Virus record (IMG/VR): IMGVR_UViG_3300044846_003474
Coordinates: 32,001-96,000 of that record
Length of the DNA stretch: 64,000 bases
Source: a virus
Taxonomy: Duplodnaviria > Caudoviricetes
Strand: one strand, 5' to 3'
Below the pieces are notes generated by a model. The model was not told the DNA's origin and searched no databases. It saw only the letters and a program-made list of their open reading frames with translations. The position numbers were made by a program, and so were the translations under genes. Position 1 is the first letter of the stretch; every line of letters starts with the position of its first letter. Below are positions 9,082-18,747 of the stretch, piece by piece.

Positions 9082-10893
9082 TCAATCATTTAGTAATTTG
9101 TTTAATTGATCTTCCATAGATCCCAAAGAATTTCTACCTTTTGATAAATCAATAAACGTATCTCCCAATATATTATCATTTTCCAATAGTATATTTAAGT
9201 TATCTTTTTTTGATTCTCCTACAGGCATTTCACCTCCCATATCAGGTGGTGGTGGTGGCATTGCTCCTCCCATATCAGGTGCCGCACCAGGTGCAGGTGG
9301 TGCTCCTCCCGCATTTTGTGTTGCTCCTGTTGATGTGTGATAAAGTTTATCAACATTATCAAATAACCCCGTATGTGTGATTATAGTTGCGGTGTTATCT
9401 AACTCAGCAGATACCGCTCTTTCTAATCTTATTTGTTGTACTTCAAGTTTAATATCTTCATCAGAGAAACCAAATATATGTTTCTTAGCCCAAGTAGCAG
9501 ATGTTGGTTGAATTGATTTAGCAATCTCAGTAACCATATCCTTATACAATGTTACTTTTTCTTTCCATACGTCAATCATTAATAGATCGGCTTGTTTAGA
9601 TGGATTTGTTAAACCTAAGGTAAAGTTGTGTAATTCATCCTCAAACCCTAATAAGAATAGGTGAATAATTGCAATTTTATTTAATTCGGCAATAATTGCC
9701 TTTTGTATTTTATTGATTGTTCTTGCAAATCTAATGTCCAATAAAGATAGATTTTTACCATCACCAACAACTTCCTCAAACCCTAAATACGCTTTTGGAA
9801 TTCTTAGTGCGGTTAATAATTTCTTTTGGATGTACTCAATATCGGCAATCTCCGATAAGTTTTGAGCTCCCGCCAATGTCTCAATAGGCATTGTTTGGGC
9901 CACATCACGAACAGGAACAAAATAATCTTGATCTACCGCCATTTGATTGAAACGTAAATCCACATTACCTGTTTTACTATCCACAACTTGTTCTCTTTTA
10001 AACTTGTTTGCAACACGTTGTACATATGCCTCAACATCTTTGTCATCCATGTTACCAACAAACACTTTGAAAACTCGTCTTTCAGGTGCTCTTGATGTTC
10101 TATAGATTAACATTGCATCTTCAGCCAATACCAATTGTTTCCAAATACGACGAGCCTTTTCTAACATTGATGTACCATAAGGTAATTTTCTATCATCACC
10201 AAGTAATCTAAAGTGCGCAATTTCCCAAGTATTAAATTCCATGTCTTTTACTTTCCAATTGAATCTTAATCCTTTGTCGTTTGGATTTGGAGTTGCATTT
10301 ACGGTTCTTGATTCCATACCCCTCTCTAATCTTTCAATTTCAATATTAGGTAATTGGATACATCCCGTAACACCTTTTTCGGTATCTAATTTAAGGTAAA
10401 CAAAGTTGTCACCATATTTACAAGTATTTCTAACCCACATAGGTAAGTTAGTATTGATATCTAAGTTGTTAACAAATAAATCAACCAAGATACTTTTAAT
10501 TCTTTTTGATTCGGAGTAAATTTGTAATAAATAACCATCTTGATTAGGTGTTGTAGATTCTTCAGAATAAATGTCTAATGCCGTTGAAATCTCAGGTGTA
10601 AATTCCATTGATTCATAATCATAGAATGAGGCAATTCTATTTGGTTCATAATAAATTGCTTGAGTATATAAATTGTTTTCAATTTTTGCCCATTGATTAT
10701 TTAAAAATACTGATTGTTGATATTGTAGTTTTTCTTTTTCGTACTCTTTCTTATCAGTAGTTTTAAGAAGGACTTGTTTGTCCAACTTATATGTTGGATA
10801 ATCCATCCCTAATAACGAGTTAGGTCCAAAAGTCTTTGATAACCTCTGCCATATCGTTAAATTATTCATGTTGTTATTATTATTTTGTTCCAT
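9082..10893 (-). CDS. portal protein, T4 gp20-like
   Basis: PYGTSMLE.ARRIWKQL.L.EDAMLIYR..RAPERRVF..VGNM, DYF.P, IETL.G.QNL motifs. Confidence 0.93.
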   Translation of the reverse strand: MEQNNNNNMNNLTIWQRLSKTFGPNSLLGMDYPTYKLDKQVLLKTTDKKEYEKEKLQYQQSVFLNNQWAKIENNLYTQAIYYEPNRIASFYDYESMEFTPEISTALDIYSEESTTPNQDGYLLQIYSESKRIKSILVDLFVNNLDINTNLPMWVRNTCKYGDNFVYLKLDTEKGVTGCIQLPNIEIERLERGMESRTVNATPNPNDKGLRFNWKVKDMEFNTWEIAHFRLLGDDRKLPYGTSMLEKARRIWKQLVLAEDAMLIYRTSRAPERRVFKVFVGNMDDKDVEAYVQRVANKFKREQVVDSKTGNVDLRFNQMAVDQDYFVPVRDVAQTMPIETLAGAQNLSEIADIEYIQKKLLTALRIPKAYLGFEEVVGDGKNLSLLDIRFARTINKIQKAIIAELNKIAIIHLFLLGFEDELHNFTLGLTNPSKQADLLMIDVWKEKVTLYKDMVTEIAKSIQPTSATWAKKHIFGFSDEDIKLEVQQIRLERAVSAELDNTATIITHTGLFDNVDKLYHTSTGATQNAGGAPPAPGAAPDMGGAMPPPPPDMGGEMPVGESKKDNLNILLENDNILGDTFIDLSKGRNSLGSMEDQLNKLLND

Positions 10894-10940
10894 ATTAAAA
10901 ATCTAATAATTTTTTGTCAATACTAAACATTTCACTCATT

Positions 10941-11111
10941 TTACTTTTTATCAGTATTATTTGTGGTATTAGGTTGTTTACCATTACTTTTATCCCCCTT
11001 ACTATTAAATGCCGGATCATTTACTTTTACATTATAAATAGGTTGGCCGGTAACCACAAGTCGTGATCCTCCAATTATATTCCCTGATTTTTTTCTTGTA
11101 GTAAGTCCCAT
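10941..11111 (-). CDS. small hypothetical protein (56 aa, not in ORF track)
   Basis: MGLTTRKKSGNIIGG...; TATTTAT motif at 11116-11122; fills the gap between terminase and portal. Confidence 0.5.
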   Translation of the reverse strand: MGLTTRKKSGNIIGGSRLVVTGQPIYNVKVNDPAFNSKGDKSNGKQPNTTNNTDKK

Positions 11112-11122
11112 GTCTATAAATA

Positions 11123-12892
11123 TTATCTATTACCAAATAACCAATTATATTTAATATAATCATCTTTAGATGGTCCTGAATCTCTTGACCATCTGTCATT
11201 TCTTACATTATTATTTGGGATAAGTGGGTCAAAATGTGTTTGTTGTCTTGCCGTGTTATCATTAACTACCGTCCAAGATTCTAACATTATTTTTGTTCTT
11301 TCAACAACCTTTTCTAATTTATTAAAAGATGACTCCCCAACATATATTGCCATAGAAATACCCATAATAAGGTCATCATGTTGACCTCTTTGGTGGTCAG
11401 GTCTACCATTAAGGTAAATAAAAGTGTTCATTTCGTTATATAACCTTACACTACGTATCTTAAACTTATGTCTCACATATTCTTCAAATGCCGCAATAAT
11501 CTGCACACGTTTATTGTTAAAGTTTAATCCCGGTATTTTATCCGCCAATTTTGCATTGTATGACCATATACTTGTAGAATCAATTCCCTCAATGTATAAA
11601 TTTTTATATCCAAGTTCTTGTAGTTTTCTAACTGTTGTAATACCCATACCACCAGTTATATCCACAACAATGAATGCGTTATACATCATTCCCCATTTAT
11701 ATGCAATTTCAGCAAGAGCGTCAGGTGGAATTTTTCCAACATATTCAAATACTTGTTCTCTATCGTCAAAATCAATAATTTGTATGGAAGAAAAGTCTTC
11801 ACTATCCCCACGAGAAACGTCAACACCCATAATATACTTATGTTCAGGTATAGGTTCTTTCCACATCCATAATGAATTACCCATCAATTTACCTGTTGGG
11901 TCCATAAGGGTGTTATTTTTAATATATTCTAATTGTGTATTCTCAAATACGTTATCACCCGAACCTAAAAATTCACAATTTAACTCTTGGTTAATCTTTC
12001 TTTTATCGTATTTAAGTTTTTTAACCATTTTCTCATACCAAGTAGAACATGGTTTATATCCTTTCTTGAAATATGAGTCTAATTCATCATAATCCCTTTT
12101 ATATGGGTCAATGTGAGCAAAGGATATGTGTTTACTCTCATCCTGTTCTTCTTTATTAAGAAGATATTTAACTAAATCTTCAGTTGGAACTAAAAATAAA
12201 TCTTTTGAATATCTTGGATCTCTATACCAAAACATCTCAGAGATTTTGAAGTTATTCATTCCCTTTAATGCTTGATCATATATATCATAATAAATCGGGT
12301 CATAACCATTTGGTGTTGAAACCACAATTACTTTACCCCCTGTGGATAAAGACGCCATACAAGCCGCCCAAAAATCACCATCCGCTTCAATAAATGCGGC
12401 TTCATCAAATACAAGAATTGTGGGGGTAAAACCACGCAAGGCATCTTTTGATGTTGCTACCGCCTTTACCTCAGACCCATTTGTTAATTTATAGTGTTTT
12501 TGTGAATTTTTATCATTTGAGAATCCCGCACCAACCCAACTTGGCCATTGATCAACAAACGTACGTATTTTATTTGCCATTTCCATTGATGTATCCAATT
12601 TGTTGGCAATAATAAGGATTTTTTCAGGTTGTGTTTTTTTAGCAAATACCAACCTTTTTGATATCCACGCACCTGTTACCGTAGACACACCCGCCTGACG
12701 ATATTTTAACGCAATATTCTCTTCATATTCCTCATAGTCATTTAATAACGATATCTGATCGGGAAATAACTCCAATGGTACGTATTTTGAAACTGTATTA
12801 TCGTATGTTTGTAGATATGTTTTTAATGCGTATGGAGTATCTTTCATACACTTCACATATTCCAACATTACCTGTTCTTTAGTTAAACCCAT
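11123..12892 (-). CDS. terminase large subunit, gp17-like
   Basis: KYRQAGVST Walker A, ILVFDEAAF Walker B, STPNG coupling motif, GVDVSRG.S.D and HDDL nuclease motifs; start moved to ATG 12892. Confidence 0.93.
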   Translation of the reverse strand: MGLTKEQVMLEYVKCMKDTPYALKTYLQTYDNTVSKYVPLELFPDQISLLNDYEEYEENIALKYRQAGVSTVTGAWISKRLVFAKKTQPEKILIIANKLDTSMEMANKIRTFVDQWPSWVGAGFSNDKNSQKHYKLTNGSEVKAVATSKDALRGFTPTILVFDEAAFIEADGDFWAACMASLSTGGKVIVVSTPNGYDPIYYDIYDQALKGMNNFKISEMFWYRDPRYSKDLFLVPTEDLVKYLLNKEEQDESKHISFAHIDPYKRDYDELDSYFKKGYKPCSTWYEKMVKKLKYDKRKINQELNCEFLGSGDNVFENTQLEYIKNNTLMDPTGKLMGNSLWMWKEPIPEHKYIMGVDVSRGDSEDFSSIQIIDFDDREQVFEYVGKIPPDALAEIAYKWGMMYNAFIVVDITGGMGITTVRKLQELGYKNLYIEGIDSTSIWSYNAKLADKIPGLNFNNKRVQIIAAFEEYVRHKFKIRSVRLYNEMNTFIYLNGRPDHQRGQHDDLIMGISMAIYVGESSFNKLEKVVERTKIMLESWTVVNDNTARQQTHFDPLIPNNNVRNDRWSRDSGPSKDDYIKYNWLFGNR

Positions 12893-12914
12893 AAGACATT
12901 TATATATAAATATC

Positions 12915-12948
12915 AAAACCCCCAGTTATTTTAATAAAAGGGGGTTTT
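12915..12948. terminator. intrinsic terminator
   Basis: AAAACCCCC...GGGGGTTTT inverted repeat. Confidence 0.6.
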
Positions 12949-12966
12949 AAGTATTTGTAGTTTAAT

Positions 12967-14337
12967 TTAGAAACCTAATTTAGATAAGATATCATCATCT
13001 TCATCCTCATCTTCATAGTCTTCATCGTCCCCATCACCTTTATATTTTTTGTAATCTTCTTTCGCCTTAACTAATAATTCATTGAATTTTCGTTTTGCTT
13101 TATCATTATCTCTTGGGTCTTCAGAAACAACATTAGCCATAATTTCTTTTAAGAATTCTTCAGCAGGAACTGCATAAAGTAATCTTTCAAAGAATGGTAA
13201 TAAATCTCTATTTTCAATATTTATCGTTAAATCGTCAGGTAAAAGGAATCTTAATTTTGTGATTAATTCTCCACCTACTCTAAATTGCATTGGTTCATTT
13301 GAAAATACATCTGTTTGTCCCATCACATCTTGAGCCTTTCCTGGTTCCATACCTCTCCATTGTTCTCTTGTTGGTATTGCGGCAAAACCTTTAACTAACT
13401 CATGTAATAAAATAGGAAATATAACACCATTTGCAATAACTAAGTCTTTGTCTTCATCTTCACCATCTTCATCAACACCTGATGATCCAGCGGCACTACC
13501 ACCCATAGCTTCAATTAAATCCTCATCGGTAAAATACATTAAGTCATTTGCCGACATAATTTTATTATAAAGTGGGTATAAACGAGGATCAATTTCATCT
13601 AATCTATCTTTAAATGCTTGGAAAGCAAATTGACCTTTTTTACCTTTACCTTGAATAATTGCGTTAATAACATTTCTTTTTTCAACCTCAAGTTGGAATT
13701 CTTCTTGTGGAGTTAACTCATCAACATCAAACGAGAAATTTGAAGGAATTTCAAATTCAGGCTCCTCTTCCTTTTCCATTTGGAATTCGTTAGGGTTAAT
13801 TCTTTTTTCGTTTAAAAATACCTCAACGTTAATAAATTCAAATTTATACTTTGTTCCAGCTCCGTTTGATGGTTCTTTTTCAATCAATCCCTCATCCATT
13901 GCATCTTCCAAAGTTTTACTATATGGTAACCAACCTTCTTCTTTAGCCGAAATTTCTAAGGCTAAATCTTTTAATTCGTCTTTTTTAGGTGATTCAATTC
14001 CCATAACTTCTCTTACCGCATTCAATTGTTCAACTTGAATCCCGTGTTTAACTCTTGGATCAGTAATATTAATACCCTTATTTGGTCTACCTTGATCATC
14101 AACCATACCATAATAACGTTTAACGTAATCTACAATATCTTTAAATCGTTTTGATGTTATTTTTTCAACATCAGACGTACCACCTCTAAAGGCTTTATTT
14201 TTACCATATAAGTTTTTTTCAGGATTCTCAATATTACTTTGAGTTTTTGGATCCATTCTTTCAGGATAATCTCCATAATCAACAGGAGCTTCTTTAATAA
14301 CCTTATTAATTAAATGTTGTATATATTTATCTTTCAT
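12967..14337 (-). CDS. hypothetical protein (leader ends VIKE; probable virion protein)
   Basis: 456 aa, acidic C-tail, contains HELVKG. Confidence 0.7.
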   Translation of the reverse strand: MKDKYIQHLINKVIKEAPVDYGDYPERMDPKTQSNIENPEKNLYGKNKAFRGGTSDVEKITSKRFKDIVDYVKRYYGMVDDQGRPNKGINITDPRVKHGIQVEQLNAVREVMGIESPKKDELKDLALEISAKEEGWLPYSKTLEDAMDEGLIEKEPSNGAGTKYKFEFINVEVFLNEKRINPNEFQMEKEEEPEFEIPSNFSFDVDELTPQEEFQLEVEKRNVINAIIQGKGKKGQFAFQAFKDRLDEIDPRLYPLYNKIMSANDLMYFTDEDLIEAMGGSAAGSSGVDEDGEDEDKDLVIANGVIFPILLHELVKGFAAIPTREQWRGMEPGKAQDVMGQTDVFSNEPMQFRVGGELITKLRFLLPDDLTINIENRDLLPFFERLLYAVPAEEFLKEIMANVVSEDPRDNDKAKRKFNELLVKAKEDYKKYKGDGDDEDYEDEDEDDDILSKLGF

Positions 14338-14339
14338 TA

Positions 14340-15221
14340 TTATTTAGTTAAAGCCTGTTTAATTAATCCAATAAAATCTTTTTTCATTTCATCCTTAGTT
14401 TTTATTTGTCCTCTTGGTTTTTCTTTTGTACCAGGGTTTGGATTCTTAAATGGATTGTCTCTTCTTTTTGGTGGAGTTTTAATTCCAGGATCTTTTACGG
14501 GAGCCTCTCTTTCTTTAGTATTCTCCTCCATTGTTCCCATAATTGGCATTCCCATTGTTGGTCTTTTCATACGTTTCATTTCAATTCCTGATTCTTTTGA
14601 AAACATAGTATTTTTTAATGGTTTTCTCAATATCATAGAATCTTGTGATTTTTCATTAATAGTACGAATTAAATCACCTTTACTCATTCTAGGACTAATA
14701 TTTTTTTCAATCAATCTAACAATACTTTCTTCTATAAATTTTTCATCAGATTCATTTTTTTCTTTTTTTTCAGGTGTTGTTTCATAGTCGGTTTTTTTAG
14801 AAGATTCTTTTGCCCATTTACACCATTTTTTTTCTGTTTTTGTTTTACCATTACCACATCTTGCGTAGAACAATCTTTGTTGTGATTTGGATTCAAATTT
14901 TTCAAAAATACCCATACCATCTTCGGTAGCATCTGGGTCGTTAACAACATCTAATGTTGCGTCTTCACCAATTTCAGTCGCTTTAACCATTCCAGTTGGG
15001 TCAACTTTTATATTAACATTACCAATATCGGCTCCTGTTGTTTTTGCGGTTTCAGGAGAAATCTCATAAGTTGTTGCCACTTTTTTTGTGACTTGTTCTT
15101 TATTTTCCTCTTTAGAAATTTTCTCAGATAACACTCTTACCTGTGCCTCATTTAATCTTGCAACGGTGTCAAATTTAAACCCGTGAGATAATAAGTTTAA
15201 AACGTGATCTTTAGTTTTCAT
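14340..15221 (-). CDS. hypothetical protein
   Basis: Likely ATG 15221 overlaps the upstream stop; many xxE sites. Confidence 0.65.
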   Translation of the reverse strand: MKTKDHVLNLLSHGFKFDTVARLNEAQVRVLSEKISKEENKEQVTKKVATTYEISPETAKTTGADIGNVNIKVDPTGMVKATEIGEDATLDVVNDPDATEDGMGIFEKFESKSQQRLFYARCGNGKTKTEKKWCKWAKESSKKTDYETTPEKKEKNESDEKFIEESIVRLIEKNISPRMSKGDLIRTINEKSQDSMILRKPLKNTMFSKESGIEMKRMKRPTMGMPIMGTMEENTKEREAPVKDPGIKTPPKRRDNPFKNPNPGTKEKPRGQIKTKDEMKKDFIGLIKQALTK

Positions 15222-15618
15222 ATACCACTTTTTTTTCAAATTCAAGAACGATATCTCGTTCATATAGTTTATCTTTTACGTCTTGTTCTGAATCACCAAA
15301 TTTAAATACTAATCTTTTGACGATTGAGAAATCAACATTGTTATTCTCTTTTTCCCACCCTAATGCTAATACACCATCCATTGAGTCTATAACTGAAAAA
15401 ACATCAGAGTCTTGTACTAACTCCAATGTTATCTCCCCGTTAGTCAAAATCCCAACTCGTTTAATATATTCAACATCAGGAGGAAGTGGGTAACCATTTG
15501 CAGGTTTTGACTCCCAATTTTCACCCCAAACTTCTAATGTGTCTGAGAATATAAATTCATAAAGGTTGTCACCCTTATAATTAGGACCCATACCATTTAT
15601 GTAAATTAATTTATTCAT
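15211..15618 (-). CDS. conserved phage hypothetical protein
   Basis: 135 aa, ATGA overlap with the upstream gene. Confidence 0.7.
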   Translation of the reverse strand: MNKLIYINGMGPNYKGDNLYEFIFSDTLEVWGENWESKPANGYPLPPDVEYIKRVGILTNGEITLELVQDSDVFSVIDSMDGVLALGWEKENNNVDFSIVKRLVFKFGDSEQDVKDKLYERDIVLEFEKKVVYEN

Positions 15619-17066
15619 ATAACTTGTCCGTTTGGTGTTATTCTAAATTCTTTAATTCCTTCTTTAAATACCAAATTTTTCTTAACGGTAGATCCAACTA
15701 AAATTGCTTTTGGATTTTCTTCCATAAACTTTAAAGAAGATCTTTCTTGTTTAATAGATTCTGATAATTTATAAACTTCTTTTTCGTTTAATTTTTTTAA
15801 AGTTTGTTTTTGTTTTTGTTCTTTTATTAATTTTTCATTTTTGTCAACCGAAAAATAGTTTGAAATAATTTTATCTACTTTAGACTCAGTAAAAAGATCC
15901 TCAAATGTTTCTTCATCATCATATCTTCTAAATTTTTCTCTTGATCCGTGTCTTGGGTATTCATTTTCATACTCATTATATTCTTCATCATCAAATTCAT
16001 TCATTAAATTATCTGACATTTTTGATGTGTATGCCGCTCCAAGATAATCATTAAATGCTCCTCCGAAGTTATCATATTCTTCACCCATCTCAGTTTCAGG
16101 TTGTGGTTCAGTTACTTCACCTTCCATTCCTTCTCCTTCTGTGTCCATTTCTTCACCTTCCATTCCTTCTTCCTCACCATCAATTTCTTCTTCTTCACCT
16201 TCCAATCTTGAGATTATATCTTCAACATCATCTTCTTCCAATGTTGTTAAATCAAGTGCCGATAAAATTGAATTGATTACGTATTTTGTATCATTTGAAC
16301 TCATTTCTTCTTGACCAGTATAAGTTCTAATTTTTTGAGCTAATTTACCTGTAAGTTTTTGAATTATTTTAAATGTAACTTCCTCTTCAGTTGCCGGTTC
16401 CTCTTCAGGTATTGGTACTTCATCAGTCATTGGTACTTCTTCAGGTGCAGGTGCCGCAGCAGGATCAGGGGCAGGTGCCGCAGCGGGATCAGGAGCAGGT
16501 GCAGGTTGTGGCGCTAATAAAGGATCTAATGCGGGGTCACCTTGTTCTTCCATTGGTTGTGGAGTTGGTGGTGCCGCAACAGGAGGTGCCGCAACAGGAG
16601 GTGCCGCAACAGGAGGTGCCGCAACAGGAGGTGCCGCAATTGTTGTTGTGGTAGTTGTTACAGGTTGTTTAGATGTGGAAATTACGTATTTAGTGTCTTT
16701 TTTTTTTTCACCCTCTTGTTCAAAAAGAGAAGTACCACTTTCGTTACCGTGTAGTTGATTGAACTCCCTCGCCATCAAGTTCATTTTCTTCAACGCTTGA
16801 GAATAAGAAGAATAATATCTTCTATTTTTCATAGGTGCAATATAATCAGAAACTGATTCAGATATCGTTTGTTTAATAATATACCCTTGTCTTTCTTTAA
16901 TTATTTCATATGTGTTACCATCAGACAAAGACAACTTATATTCAGATGATTTGTCTTCATTTCTTGGTGTTGGTATATTTTCTTTGTATCTGGCAATTTC
17001 CATAATTCTACGGATCTTGTCCATACCGTCTAATTTCTCACTTCCAATAGGTTTTAATCCTCCCAT
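15615..17066 (-). CDS. acidic Pro/Ala-rich hypothetical protein (probable head core/internal protein)
   Basis: 483 aa with PPVAA repeats and acidic tracts; TATTTAT motif upstream. Confidence 0.7.
   Translation of the reverse strand: MGGLKPIGSEKLDGMDKIRRIMEIARYKENIPTPRNEDKSSEYKLSLSDGNTYEIIKERQGYIIKQTISESVSDYIAPMKNRRYYSSYSQALKKMNLMAREFNQLHGNESGTSLFEQEGEKKKDTKYVISTSKQPVTTTTTTIAAPPVAAPPVAAPPVAAPPVAAPPTPQPMEEQGDPALDPLLAPQPAPAPDPAAAPAPDPAAAPAPEEVPMTDEVPIPEEEPATEEEVTFKIIQKLTGKLAQKIRTYTGQEEMSSNDTKYVINSILSALDLTTLEEDDVEDIISRLEGEEEEIDGEEEGMEGEEMDTEGEGMEGEVTEPQPETEMGEEYDNFGGAFNDYLGAAYTSKMSDNLMNEFDDEEYNEYENEYPRHGSREKFRRYDDEETFEDLFTESKVDKIISNYFSVDKNEKLIKEQKQKQTLKKLNEKEVYKLSESIKQERSSLKFMEENPKAILVGSTVKKNLVFKEGIKEFRITPNGQVI
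16570..16638 (-). repeat. 15-bp tandem repeat (PPVAA)x4, coding
   Basis: gtgccgcaacaggag repeated in frame. Confidence 0.8.
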
Positions 17067-17142
17067 ATCATATTTGTTTTTAAAATATTATTTTTCTATA
17101 TAAATATATCGATAAATAGGTTTATTTGTTGGTTTTATTTTA

Positions 17143-17880
17143 TTATTGTTTCATTGATAGTTTTTTATCAATAATTTTAGTTGGTAGGTCGTATAATTTT
17201 TCAATATAACCATTTCTTCTAAGGAGTTTAAATACCAAATTTTCTAAAGACATTTCACCACCTTTTTCTAATCCACAATTTCTAAAATTTTTTAATTTTT
17301 CTTTATATTTTTTTACAATATTTTTTATTTCTTCAGGGTCTTCGTCTTCTATGTTGTCAACAACACCATCAATAATTCTCATCCATTGTTTGGATCTTTC
17401 TTTAATTAATTCTTTGTCTATAGTTTCTTTATTAATTTTTTTAGGTTCATTAATCCACATATCATAAAGAATTGAATATACCCCACTACTAAATGCTTCT
17501 GTGTTTTCATCTTGAACAAAACACTCAACATCATACCCAAACATATTTATATTATGTTTTTGGTTAAAAATAATTTTTTTCAAATCAAAAAATTCTAAAT
17601 ACAAATCTTTGGTGTTTTCAGAAAATTGATTAAAATTTACAACAATATGTAAATCTATATCTGAATATTTTGACCAATTATAGTTAACAAGAGACCCAAT
17701 CATAATTATGTCGGTGATAATAACATCAACACCTAATGAATCAATAAAAATATTTGAGGTTTCTAAAAGTTTTTTTCTAACTTCAGATTTTATAATATAA
17801 GATTTACCATCTTTTTCCCAAACTTTTGAGTTGAGGTTATCTTGTATTTTAAAACTGTTAATTAATTCTGCATCCATCAT
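17143..17880 (-). CDS. nucleotidyltransferase (Pol-beta superfamily)
   Basis: MIGSLVNYNWSKYSDIDLHI gives GS plus DxD; third acidic residue in DVECFV. Confidence 0.8.
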   Translation of the reverse strand: MMDAELINSFKIQDNLNSKVWEKDGKSYIIKSEVRKKLLETSNIFIDSLGVDVIITDIIMIGSLVNYNWSKYSDIDLHIVVNFNQFSENTKDLYLEFFDLKKIIFNQKHNINMFGYDVECFVQDENTEAFSSGVYSILYDMWINEPKKINKETIDKELIKERSKQWMRIIDGVVDNIEDEDPEEIKNIVKKYKEKLKNFRNCGLEKGGEMSLENLVFKLLRRNGYIEKLYDLPTKIIDKKLSMKQ

Positions 17881-17904
17881 ATATAAATACAACGTTATTA
17901 TAAA

Positions 17905-18150
17905 TTAACTTATCTTATTGTACTTGTATTTTTTTGCAATTTGTAAATTAAAGTAATTACCCTGAGATGGTGCGGATCTAAATTCCGTATATGATTGATG
18001 TGGTACATTATCATATTCATACTTAACCCCATTTTTAAATTCCACAATTAATTTTTTTGTTGCGGTATCATATTCACTTCTTACAACATTAGACGATTGA
18101 ACCTCGTTCAATATCTTTGTACCAATATATTCTTCTTTTAAGATTGCCAT
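17905..18150 (-). CDS. KTSC domain protein
   Basis: SSNV...YD.....L.VEFKNG..YEY.NVP...Y..F..A.S.G.YFN..I. Confidence 0.85.
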   Translation of the reverse strand: MAILKEEYIGTKILNEVQSSNVVRSEYDTATKKLIVEFKNGVKYEYDNVPHQSYTEFRSAPSQGNYFNLQIAKKYKYNKIS

Positions 18151-18184
18151 AATATTTTTATTTTAAATATATTTCTATAAATTA

Positions 18185-18211
18185 AAAAATCCACCCTTTT
18201 GGGTGGATCTT
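18185..18211. terminator. intrinsic terminator
   Basis: ATCCACCC-ttt-GGGTGGAT flanked by an A tract. Confidence 0.7.
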
Positions 18212-18213
18212 AA

Positions 18214-18585
18214 TTATTTTAACTTGTTTATCTGATCACGATACTCAATGGACTTTTCAAATTCTTGATTCTTTATTGATTCGTCTAATTTAGATTGTAG
18301 TTCAAATATTTTTTCTTTATTCTCCTCCAATTTTTTTATCTTATCTCGTAACTCAACAGCTTCCTCAAAATTTTGATCTTCTATTGCCAAAATTAATTTA
18401 TCTTTTAAATCAATCAAATCATCACCTTCAGTTTTACGAGTCATGTAGGTATAGGAAAAAGATCCATCTGAGGATTTATAGGTTTTTTTAGTCCAATTCT
18501 TATCATCTAAAAATGATGAACTTAAACTCATTCGTTCTGAGAACATTTCATTAAAAATTTTATCAAAATTTCTAAAATTAAACAT
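18214..18585 (-). CDS. tandem UVR (UvrB/C coiled-coil) domain protein, McsA-like ClpC adaptor candidate
   Basis: L..AIEDQNFEEAVELRDKI and L..SIKNQEFEKSIEYRDQI. Confidence 0.75.
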   Translation of the reverse strand: MFNFRNFDKIFNEMFSERMSLSSSFLDDKNWTKKTYKSSDGSFSYTYMTRKTEGDDLIDLKDKLILAIEDQNFEEAVELRDKIKKLEENKEKIFELQSKLDESIKNQEFEKSIEYRDQINKLK

Positions 18586-18625
18586 AGTATTATTTTTTAT
18601 AGTTTATTATTTATACTTTTTTTTA

Positions 18626-18695
18626 CTAAATATGTGCCAAACCATAAAATATGACAAAATGTCAGTTAGTATTTTTTTACCATGACAATTTGTCA
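18626..18695 (-). promoter_or_regulatory. sigma54-like -24 box plus two TGACA-N3-TGTCA palindromes
   Basis: Minus strand TTGGCACATATTTAG at 18626-18640; palindromes at 18652-18664 and 18683-18695. Confidence 0.45.
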
Positions 18696-18747
18696 AAAGG
18701 TATACTTTTTAAACTTGATTTACTATTTTTTAATAAAACAAAAAGAT

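Noticed and set aside
11424-12092. 222-aa plus-strand ORF and similar shadow ORFs (e.g. 4277, 14314, 20151, 44545, 46747, 59056)
   Set aside because: Antisense to well-supported genes, with typical shadow-frame composition
16455-16638. Short tandem repeats resembling a CRISPR array
   Set aside because: In-frame 15-18 bp units with no unique spacers, encoding PPVAA and PAPDPAAA linkers; no cas genes
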